A DNA stretch of 64,000 bases from an uncultured Lentisphaerales bacterium. GTDB lineage: Bacteria > Verrucomicrobiota > Lentisphaeria > JABSQK01 > UBA12247. Where the stretch lies: positions 1-64,000 of the forward strand of contig CALSSJ010000031.1 of the NCBI GenBank assembly GCA_943788985.1, written 5' to 3'. The notes under the pieces were generated by a model. The model saw only the letters and a list, made by a program, of their open reading frames with translations. It had not been told where the DNA came from and did not search any database. Shown piece after piece: positions 1 to 9,855 of this stretch (position 1 is its first letter; each line of letters starts with the position of its first letter). A program made the translations under genes and the position numbers.

Positions 1-420
1 CGTATTTGGTCCGATCCGTGCCCATCTTCCAGTGATAGGAGTGCAGCGCGCAATGCACCATGACCGCGGCAGTGGTCCCCTCGGTATGTACCTTGGCCAA
101 TGTTGTGGATAAGCGCAGCGTCCTGTCTGATTCGCATCGCAAAGGTTGTAGATGACAGCATCATAGCCCGCTGGCCCAGTCGGGAGCCCGCAAGGCCTCC
201 TGGACCGCAGCCAGATCCGGACCGATGACCTCGACCTCGAAGTTTCCGCGCGCCTTGAGTAGCGCAGGGATGATATCGCCCTGCTTTTTGTAATCATGGC
301 AACAGCCTCCTGTCGCCAGCAATACCTTCAGCGGTTTTCCGTCATAGATCTTAGCCACGATCGGCTCTGCGCTCAGCACGCCCCGCAAACAGCAGCGCTG
401 CTGTCATTGCTCTTACACAA
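1..420 (-). pseudogene. ThuA-like (class I glutamine amidotransferase-fold) domain protein, frameshifted, runs off the window start
   Basis: LKVLLATGGCCHDY in ORF 161..388. Other minus frames continue GYDAVIYNLC and VMVHCALHSYHW, both typical ThuA-domain motifs. At least two frameshifts, possibly sequencing errors. Confidence 0.6.
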
Positions 421-875
421 TCTTCATACATCCTCAGCCCATTTCCGTAATTTAGCTACGTCGGTCCACTACACGCCACTTAGCGTGGTAAAAACGTCAA
501 GAGGCAAACTACTGACAGTTAGGACCAATCAAGGAAAAATTGAGGGAACGAGTCAACTCTCTTCGGGTTCTTCTGCGTTCAATGAATGAAACCCGTCTCA
601 CAGTCCACCACAGGAGCCCGTCATGTCACCGCCCACTCACACCGCCATCGAGCTTTCCACCTGCACCAACATCAACCAGACCGCAGAGATCAAGTCTGAG
701 GTCTCAGGAACGTCAACTCCTCAGGCCGAGACTTGGCTGGAACGCCTGGACGCCTTGCTGGCTCGCCCGCTCTGGTAGCAAGCCCAACCTAAGAATTCGG
801 GAACCGCGATTCGTCCCAAGATCGTTGGATTCTCGCTCGCTCGACCGGTACTGTGGTGCCGCTTAACACGTCACA

Positions 876-3800
876 ATGCTGCGGGGAACCCCACTTTTGT
901 CTCTTCTACGCCTCCGGCCATACCTGTCGGCCCGCCTCCTTGCGGTCTTTCTGCTGAGCGCTAGTCTCTATGCTGGAGTACCGCCGACGTTGTTTCTCGC
1001 GCTGCCAAGCGAGCTGGTTCTGATCGAAGGTTCCAAAGTCTATGCGGTGCGTGCAGCTGATCCCGACAGCAACGACGTCTCGGTATCCGCCGTCAGTTCG
1101 CACCCCGGCCTCAGAGCCCGCCATCTCCACCGTCAATCGCTTCGCCCAGATCCACATTATTGATTCAACCGGCAGCTCCTTGGGCAGCATCATCGTCGAG
1201 CTATTCGAAACCCCGCGGCGGCGACGCAGCGGCTCGATTCATCGCCTTAGCAACGACCGGATTCGACGCGCAGGGCGAGGGTAGATCCGGGCGGCCGATC
1301 CGTTCTTCACAGATGTCCCCATCCACCGCATTGTCGATTTAACTGGGGCTGGCGGGCTGATCATTCAAACTGGGGATAAGCAGAACCGGCAATGGAACCG
1401 GTGGCAGTCCACTCGGTGATTTTGATGACCAGTTCGATATCCAGGAGGGCCTGAAACTTCTCCGAGAAAGGCGTCTTGGCGATGGCCAATTCTGGTGCCA
1501 AACACCAATGACAGCCAGTTTTTCATCACCGACGGTGCGACGACACATCTGGACGGCAAGCATATGATCTTCGGCCAGGTTATTTCTGGTCAGAGCGTCA
1601 TCGCTGCGCTCGTCGCGCTGGCGGGTGATACCAGCCACGTTCCACGGATCGCATCCGTCGACATTCTCGACTCGGCCAAAGGTGGTGCCTTGACCATTGA
1701 GTACGCGGCTGGTTTCCAGGGAAAGGCTGACGTAACCGTCACCCTTGAAGATGAAGAGGGGAACAGAACGTCTGAGACGATTGCCGTCCTGGCGGCCAGT
1801 CCAGCCGCTCGGCAGTGCGGCTGCCAGTACGCCGTGGTCAGTCACTGTTCATCACGATCTTCTCTACATCGCTGACGGGAATTCAGGGCTGAGAATCGTG
1901 GATGTCAGCGATCCCAACTACTCCCACTCCCTTGTCGATTTACGCCGACGGCTTCGATGCCCGGCACGTTGTTGTCGTCGATTACGACACCCCGGCCCGT
2001 ACCGTTGCCTTCGTCGCGGCCAGGCTGTCTGGGACGCTAGTGTTGGATGTTACCGATCCCCGACAACGTGACCGAACTGAATCGGATCCCGGTAGCCAGC
2101 TACGTTCCGGCACCCAATCCCTGTGATCAACAGTCCTATACTCCGAGTCCCAGCGCCTATCATGTCTTGGTCAGCAGTTCAAAGCAGATCTTCATTCTGA
2201 GGGCGACAACGGTCTGCGCATTCTTGATGGGACCAATCCTGTGTCGATAGGCGATGTGACCGGCAACCTCACCGTAAAACTTGGCTGCTGGCTGCGGCGG
2301 AATCACCTCTCGCTTCGTCGCATCGGTACTCCGTGACTCGATCGTTTACAGTAGCGATCGAAACTTCGGTCTCTTTACCATTGATGTATCGGATGCTTCG
2401 AACCCAACATTGATTGCGAATACAAACCTGAGCGGGCCGTGGGGACTGGCCCTTGGTAAGGATGACCGTCTGTACGTCGCAGAAGCATCATCCAGCGACG
2501 GCGGCATGTCTGCCTTTTCGCTGACGGCGCCGACCTCTCCGTCGGTACTTGGCCGCTTGTCGCTGAGCGAGTTCCCCTGGCAGCTAGCAGTCGACAACAC
2601 GCTCGCGATCACCGCTTCGGGTGGCGCCTATGGTGGGTTTAGCAGCGGCGGATTTTCGTTCATACAAATTTCCGAGTCCTCCATGACCACGATTTTTAAG
2701 CTGACGGCGACCTACGCGCTGAAGCCGACCATTTGGCGATGACAGAGCGTATCTCCCCACCCTCGCTGATGGGGTCCGCATCTTTGACATTCAATCTCTG
2801 ACCGGTCCCGAAATCGCGATGGCGTACGACAATACCTACCTTCACAGCTCGATCGATCTTGGCGCAGTCGGCGAAGGTTCTGGATTCGTCAACAAGGTAT
2901 TCACCGTGTACAACGACGGCCTCGAGCCATTGGTGCTAGGCGGCTTAACTCTTCCGGCCGGGTTCAGCATCGTTGTCGCCCCGCCCGCCACAATCGACGC
3001 ACGTAGCTCTGCGACCTTTACAATTGGCGTCGAAAGCGCGTCGCTCGGCCCCCATTAGCGGCCCCCCTCCAACTCGTAAGCAATGACCGCGACGAGCCGC
3101 TCTTCACGCTGTCGCTCAGTGTCGAGGTAGTCGGGACCGCCAGCATTCAAGGGCTGGTCTGGGAGGATACCGATTGGGGGATGTCTCGGAACGGCGCCGA
3201 ACCGGGAATTCCGGGCGTCCGCGTTTATGTCGATCTGAATGGAAGCGGTGAGTTTGACACCGGTGAGCCGTCGGCGCTGTCGAGCGGGGAGGCTGGATCG
3301 TATACGATCCAGGCTGTTCCATCCGGAACCTATGCGATTCGCCAGGAAGTTCCCGTGGGCTGGGCCCAGACCCTTCCGACAACAACTCACAGCCAGACTC
3401 TGACTGCCGGCCAAGAGGTTACTGGCATCGATTTTGGCAATCGGTCGCGACTGGGAAGTATCGCCGGCCTACTGTGGAATGACCAGAACGCCAATGGCAT
3501 CTTCGCGGCCGAGAACGAAGCCGGGATTGCTTCAGTCACCATCACCCTTTATCTCGACGATGGCGATGAAACTTTCGAGCCCGGTGAGGATGGTCTACAT
3601 ACCAGCACAAGCACGGACAACGACGGCCGCTACGTATTTACGGACCTCCCCCCCGGAACGTACTGGATTCAGGTCGACGAAAGTTCCGCGCCGTTGGTCG
3701 GGAGGATTCGCGCCACGCGACCCAATCCCTTGCTGCAGACTGTCGACTGGGACCAGTCCATCCTCTTCGCCAATTTCAACTACTTCACCCCGCCGACCCT

Positions 3801-5730
3801 CTCGATCTCCAACATCGCAGCGGCGGAGGGCAACACCAAAACGCCCGGGACAGCCATCTTTCCGGTCACGCTGTCCTTCGCCCTTGGCGCACCGGTAACG
3901 GTCCACTACACAACCGTCGCCGGCAGTGCTCTGCCCCATACCGATTTCGCGCCTAGCTCCGCCACCCTGACGATTGCCGCGGGCGAAACGGTTGCCGCTA
4001 TTTTGGTGCCGTTGGTTGGCGATGAGATCGCCGAATTGGCCGAGACCTTTTCCGTGACGCTCAGTAACCCTCTGCGAGCGGCGCTTGCCCAAACCACCGC
4101 TGAGGCCAGCATCAGCGATGCGGATTTGCCAATCATCACCGTCGTGGCAGCTGATGCCGAGGCGGCCGAAGGTGTGATCGAGTCTGGCGAGTTCCGTTTC
4201 TCACTGCTGGGTGAAACCGATGAGGTTGTGAGCGTGAACGTTGGCTTCAGCGGGGCGGCCGACAACACCGACGATGTGTTTTACACCAGCGGCCAGGACG
4301 GCACCCCGCATGGCACGATCGACACCCTCGAATTTGCCGCCGGCCAGACGGTGTGGTCGTTGTTCGTGGCCGGGCGCGATGATGACGATGTAGAGGGAAG
4401 CGAAGAGCTGAAGCTGCAGATTTCTCCTGGCCCCGGCTATGTGGTTGGCGTTCCCTCGTCAGCAGTCGTGATCCTGGACGATGATGACGCCACCGATCTG
4501 ACCCTCGAACTCAAGCCGGTCCCCGAGCGGACATATACAGCGGGTGAGGCGATTGACCTGGAAATTCGGGTCATCAACAGCGGCGACAAGGACATTGCTG
4601 GACCTCGAACGTTCGGGCAGACCATTGGACTTTCTTCCGATCTTGTGTGGGGAAATGACGACGACATCATCCTCACCCCATTTCCTGACTCGTTGTCGAT
4701 TGCGGGGTTGCCTGCAGCTGGGGCCGTAGACTTGGCTGTAGCCGCGTGGATCCCACCAGAAGCCACTGGCGGCACCTATTATGTTGCCGTCTACGCCGAC
4801 AGCGGAACGACAGTTGATGAGACCAATGAAGACAACAATGTAGCCTGGAGCGCCTCAGATGCCGTGACTGTCATTGAATCTGCTGGTGGCTTTCGCTACT
4901 CATTAAATCTTGTAGGCACTGCAGCAACAGAGTTGCGTTTCGGGATGCTCGCGGGAGGCAGCAGCGGAAACACCGTTGCTCAAGATATTGAGGCCTCCGG
5001 CTCAACAGCCGCCAACGGCCAGGCCTACTTCGTTTCTGACGGGAATAATCTGAACCAGGATATGCGCGGTCTGGCAACTACCGATGATTGGTTCCTGACC
5101 GTCGTTGCCGGGGATGAAAATGTCACTTTTTCATGGGATACGGGAAGCCTTCCGACGGACCGAGGTATGCTGCTCAATGAGGTCACTGACGCAGATGCGC
5201 TACTTGCCGACACCACCATCTACTTCAGCGCCAGTGATTCATTGACGATCAATGCCGGAAACACCAAGAACTTTCGCATCACCGTGCTCGAACTGGCAGA
5301 AACTCATCTGGAGCTCAATGTCGGCTGGCACTTGCTCGCCTTTCCCTTCGCGCCACTGCAAGCAGATTCTAAGCGACTCTTTGAGGACACTGCGCAGGGA
5401 AGAGCATGGGCATGGACGAATACCGACGGCACCGGTCACTATGTGCCCATTCAGACAGCTGCTCCGCTACAGGGAGTCTGGCTTTTCCTGCGAGCCCCCA
5501 TCGACCGCGTCGTGCATGGCACCCCCGCATTTTCCAGCCAGGTCCATTTATCCGCCGGTTGGAATCTCACCGGCACGCGCGCGCAGATCTCCGCCGCGAG
5601 GGTCAGTGGCGACGTCGGCAGCATCTGGTCATGGACCGGGAATCGTTTTCAGGTACCCAAGCTATTGGCCCCTGGCAAGGGCTACTGGTTTCATGCCGAA
5701 GCCGACACCGACGTTGAGCTTGGCGACTAG
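876..5730 (+). CDS. Large secreted multidomain surface protein (signal peptide, cyclophilin-type PPIase, LVIVD repeats, Ig-like, SdrD B-like x2, Calx-beta x2, CARDB, C-terminal GWNL-type repeats); 5' part broken by many frameshifts
   Basis: Cyclophilin motifs [44 protein letters not shown] spread across frames at 1140-1680. LVIVD-like [18 protein letters not shown] and [13 protein letters not shown]. Intact 849-aa ORF 3181..5730 with [49 protein letters not shown] and GWNLTG...LAPGKGYW. Confidence 0.7.
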
Positions 5731-5850
5731 GCTGGCCCGCCCGCTCTTGGGCTGGCGTCGGAATCCGACTCTAGAGATCCCCCGGGAAATCTGGATCAGG
5801 CGCGCGTGCTGTGCGGGGCCATTCTCCCAGAACTCAGCGCGCTTGCTGAA

Positions 5851-6070
5851 CTATTTAGAATTGGCCTCGCCGTTTATCGTTCCGCTTTCGTAGTCCCACA
5901 GGGTGCCATGCAGTGAGTCTGAGGCGTCCCGCCCCTCGAAGGTATCGAGTGCGTAGATGTACTCCGCGTGTCCGTCAGCCATCTGGAAGTTCAGCTTTGT
6001 TTGGCGGTGCCAGACAGGTTCCAAGTCCCGAACTGCCACGTGGACGCCTTGGCCACTGCGGAGAGGCAGG
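5851..6070 (-). pseudogene. Orphan C-terminal fragment of a prepilin-associated H-X9-DG-like domain
   Basis: WHRQTKLNFQMADGHAEY...W resembles the C-terminus of the neighbouring pilin-like gene ([17 protein letters not shown]...W). No N-terminal pilin motif is visible upstream. Confidence 0.4.
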
Positions 6071-6652
6071 CCTGCCTGGTGAGCGCATCTGCTGTCACTG
6101 CCCGCCCGAGAACAATGGGCGCCAGGGCGCCGCTTGTGATCGTTACCTCTCTCGGGGGAGGGGCTTACCGTGATTACAAAGTGCGTAGACTGGTCGGTAG
6201 CCAGAGCCAGATCCTGGGTGGCCTGTGCCCAGATAAATGTGCCCCTGCCCCTCCACGCCAATAAAAGTCGCGCCTTCCGTCAACAGATGAACCCAGACAT
6301 TACAGGGCAATGGCGTCTCGCTCTCCAAACCGAACCAGATGCCGGCTCGCGAGCTTCCAGCCAGCCTTCTCTTCGGCGTGAGTGAGGGCGAACGAAGTTT
6401 CCTGCGTGCCCGAAGTGCCGATGGTCTCGGTTGCCCCATGCAACCGGGCACCGATGCCTTACCCAAAGAGCCTATACCTCGCGGATGTAATCTTCCCGTC
6501 CTGCAGCGACCACTGGTAGAGCGGCATGGGCTGGTAGCCGGGACCGATGCCGAGTCGATTCGTCTCATCCGCCGAACTGTTGCCAGTAATCCGGAACCAG
6601 AGCGCGATTGCGAGCCGTTGCCCGATAGCGGTTAGGGGCTTCCCTACGGCCT

Positions 6653-7414
6653 TCAACGGCCTGCGTCCCACCGACTCCAGTTGAAATTCCAGCCGGTAGG
6701 ATCTCGAAAATCATCCGAGTCAGTCCGCTGAAAATTCTCCAGCAACGGCGTGAAACTGGTGTGTCCGTCGACATAGAGAATATTGGAATTGTGGCCGTCA
6801 TGCATATTCGATTTTTCATGGAAGCGGTGAGGCGTGGTGGCGCTTCCGTTGGTGCGGCCCATGTATTTCCCATCAATCCGAAGCTCCACCAAGACCGGCG
6901 TTGTGGTGGCGCGCACGATCTGCTCCACTTTACGGCTGTATCCATCGGCCACGGAATCTACACCTGAGATCCCCACTTTCAGCGAGCTACCAGGCTCGTA
7001 GGACGTGATGTAGTAGTGGCGCAAGTGTTCGTTATTCGGCGCCCAGTCACCTTCAAGGTTCAGCATAGTCGGGCACTCGTAGAGCTTCATCGGGACTCCC
7101 GACGTGCGATAAATATAGGGGTGCTCTCGCCAAAACTGCGTCATGGTTTCGCGACCGTCGTATCCCGACAGCAGGTCATCCCAAGTGACCTCACCTGCCC
7201 CATCATTCCAACCACCGGGGTACCTGCCGTCGAAATCGTCGAGGTACATTGCAAGCCCAAGACCAAGTTGGCGCAGATTGTTGGCGCAAGTTGTGACGCG
7301 CCCTTTTTCGCGCGCTTTGGACAAGGCCGGTAACAACAACGAGGCTAAAATGCCAATGATCGCAATCACGACTAACAACTCAATGAGAGTGAAAGGATCC
7401 CTACGCAATGCCAT
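6653..7414 (-). CDS. Prepilin-type N-terminal cleavage/methylation protein with H-X9-DG domain (DUF1559-like)
   Basis: [31 protein letters not shown]...CANNLRQLG, plus C-terminal H...NILYVDGH. Confidence 0.92.
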   Translation of the reverse strand: MALRRDPFTLIELLVVIAIIGILASLLLPALSKAREKGRVTTCANNLRQLGLGLAMYLDDFDGRYPGGWNDGAGEVTWDDLLSGYDGRETMTQFWREHPYIYRTSGVPMKLYECPTMLNLEGDWAPNNEHLRHYYITSYEPGSSLKVGISGVDSVADGYSRKVEQIVRATTTPVLVELRIDGKYMGRTNGSATTPHRFHEKSNMHDGHNSNILYVDGHTSFTPLLENFQRTDSDDFRDPTGWNFNWSRWDAGR

Positions 7415-7836
7415 GTCCTCAATCCGGTTACAAAGGGATGGGAACGGTCGTCCCAACTACCCTTACCTTAGCCACAGAGGCACCAGCGTCAAGAGCTTAA
7501 GCACAATTCTGCTCACCTGAGCAGCACGCGTCAGCCAAAACTGCTCGCCGCCGTTCGGCGCAGGGATACCGCAGGCCTAGGAATTCTGCACGTGGCCGAC
7601 GCCTAGGTGTGTTTGCTCCCCACACAGCGGCCGCCCCAAAATTCATCTGGAAGGAGGCCAAATCGTCTTGGTAAATCCGTCGGGATTAGCAGCCTGTGGA
7701 TCACCCGCCATCGCGAGAGTGAGCCATTCTGCCACGCACCGCGAAGCTTTAGCCCCATCGCTAAGGCGCAGGAAGCCGGTTAGGCAGGCGTTCACTAAGG
7801 GCCGCTCGGGCCAGGGGCGAGTTTAGCTCCGGGCTG

Positions 7837-8538
7837 TTACCGCAGCAGATTAAACTTCACGATATAAAAGAAGGCTTTGACGCCATCGCGCCAGCCAATC
7901 TTCTTGCCCTCATCAAACCGACGCGCGTTGTAGCTGATCGGCACTTCGTAAATCCGACAATTCATCTTGGCTAGCTTGGCGGTCAACTCGGGCTCAAAGC
8001 CAAAGCAGTTACACTCGATGTCAATCTTTTTGAAGATGTCCGTCCGCATCATCTTGTAGCATGTCTCCATGTCGGTCAGATGCAGATTAGACAGCAAGTT
8101 CGAGAAGGTCGTCAGGATCTTGTTCCCCATGTAATGCCAGAAGGTATCAACCAGCAACTCGGAGCCAGAGTAGCGGCTCCCATAGACCACGTCGGCTCGA
8201 TCCTCTTGGATGGGCTTGAACAGCCGCGGCAATTCCTCCGGGGAGTACTCGAGGTCCGCATCCTGAATGATCACCACATCACTTGTCAGGTGCTTCTGCG
8301 CGGTGCGTATTCCGGCTCCCTTACCCTGATTCTTCTGATGATGAAACACGCGAACGCGGGGATTGTCGACCTTGTCCAAGATCTCCTTTGTCCCGTCGCT
8401 TGACGCGTCATTGACGACCACAATCTCGGTGACCTCTGAGATCGCCAGCAGGCTGTCAATCACAGTTTGTACCGTGCTCACTTCGTTGTACACCGGGACG
8501 ATGACCGACAGACTGAGCTTTTTCTTTTCGTCCGACAT
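7837..8538 (-). CDS. Glycosyltransferase family 2 (DPM1/polyprenol-phosphate glycosyltransferase-like)
   Basis: SVIVPVYNE, VVNDASSDGT, NQGKGAG, IIQDADLEY, TDMETCYK, FGFEPELT, EGKKIGWRDG. Confidence 0.93.
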   Translation of the reverse strand: MSDEKKKLSLSVIVPVYNEVSTVQTVIDSLLAISEVTEIVVVNDASSDGTKEILDKVDNPRVRVFHHQKNQGKGAGIRTAQKHLTSDVVIIQDADLEYSPEELPRLFKPIQEDRADVVYGSRYSGSELLVDTFWHYMGNKILTTFSNLLSNLHLTDMETCYKMMRTDIFKKIDIECNCFGFEPELTAKLAKMNCRIYEVPISYNARRFDEGKKIGWRDGVKAFFYIVKFNLLR

Positions 8539-8541
8539 ATG

Positions 8542-9822
8542 TCAGCCCTCGAGCGAAAGCAGCAGTGGATTCTCCAGCGCCTGGCAAATCCAGCGCAGAA
8601 AGCGCGCACCGTCGGCCCCGTCGATCACGCGATGATCGTAGGAAAGTGCGAGAGGCATCGCGGTGGTAGGCTGCGGCTGCCCGTCGACCCAGATCGTTTG
8701 CTGTTGTGAGCGGGCCACGCCCAGAATCGCCACTTCTGGCCAATTCACGATCGGCGTGAAACCTGTGCCACCGATACCGCCCAGGTTGGAAATGGTAAAG
8801 GTACCGCCCTGCATGTCGCTGAGCGGAGTCTTGCCCGTACGAGCCCGTGCGGAAATCTCGGTCAGGGCCACGGCAATGCCTAGGACGCCAAGCTGATCTG
8901 CATTCTTCACCACCGGAACGATCAAGCCACGGGGCGTATCGACAGCAATGCCGATATTGCAGTACTTCTTGTAAATCACGCTCTGCGTCGACATATCGAC
9001 ACTGCTATTGAACGCGGGAAACTTTCGCAGGGCAGTGGCAACGACTTTGACCAGAATCGCCGTCACAGTCAGCTTTGCCCCATGTGCTTCGGCGATCTTA
9101 GCCAGTGACTTGCGATAGCGCTCGAGATCCGACACGTCAGCCTGATCAAACTGCGTGACGTGCGGAACGGTGGTCCAGCAGCGCGCCAGATGCGTGGCAG
9201 CAGTACGACGCAGATTGGACATGGCTTCGACCTCGATCTCACCCCAATTCGCGAAGTCCGGCAGCGGCTGTGACGGTAAGCTGGGACCGCCTGTCGCCTG
9301 CGTCTGCCGGGATAATGCCTTGATGTCATCTCCCGTGATTCGCCCACCTGGGCCGGTGCCCTCTGCCTGCGTCACGTCTACACCGATCTCACGCGCAAAG
9401 CGCCGGACCGACGGTGCCGCGGGCACAGCGGCAGGATCGCATGCCGGTACTGCGGCGGCAAGCGGCGTCGCCGGCTTCCCAGATGCGGGCTTGGCAGGTG
9501 CTCTCGGGGGCTTTGGTGCCTTTGCGGCCTCCGCTGGCGCGGGCGCTGCGGCTGCAGTGGGAGTGGGCTTTGCTGCCGCTCCCTCCTTTGCCTCTACCGA
9601 CATCACGAGTGCGCCGACATCGATCTTGGCCCCGGATTCTACATGAATCGCGGTAACGGTCCCGGCCACAGTGCTCGGGACCTCCATGGATGCTTTGTCG
9701 GTTTCCAACTCAAGAATAGGCTGGTCAATCTCAATCGCCTCGCCTGCTTCGACGAGAATCGAGGTAATTTGCGCGGAGTTAACGCCCTCCCCTAACGCGG
9801 GGCAGAAAATCTCAATGGCCAT
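8542..9822 (-). CDS. aceF: Pyruvate dehydrogenase E2, dihydrolipoamide acetyltransferase
   Basis: One lipoyl domain (LETDKASMEV), E3-binding motif (PSVRRFARE...GTGPGGRI) and catalytic DHRVIDG; directly downstream of aceE. Confidence 0.95.
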   Translation of the reverse strand: MAIEIFCPALGEGVNSAQITSILVEAGEAIEIDQPILELETDKASMEVPSTVAGTVTAIHVESGAKIDVGALVMSVEAKEGAAAKPTPTAAAAPAPAEAAKAPKPPRAPAKPASGKPATPLAAAVPACDPAAVPAAPSVRRFAREIGVDVTQAEGTGPGGRITGDDIKALSRQTQATGGPSLPSQPLPDFANWGEIEVEAMSNLRRTAATHLARCWTTVPHVTQFDQADVSDLERYRKSLAKIAEAHGAKLTVTAILVKVVATALRKFPAFNSSVDMSTQSVIYKKYCNIGIAVDTPRGLIVPVVKNADQLGVLGIAVALTEISARARTGKTPLSDMQGGTFTISNLGGIGGTGFTPIVNWPEVAILGVARSQQQTIWVDGQPQPTTAMPLALSYDHRVIDGADGARFLRWICQALENPLLLSLEG

Positions 9823-9855
9823 ATGTCTCTGTTCCTTCGCTTACGTTTATGGGGG

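Noticed and set aside
1..3180. Programmed frameshifting or recoding
   Set aside because: Indels are numerous and irregular, which fits low-quality consensus or decay better than a programmed event.
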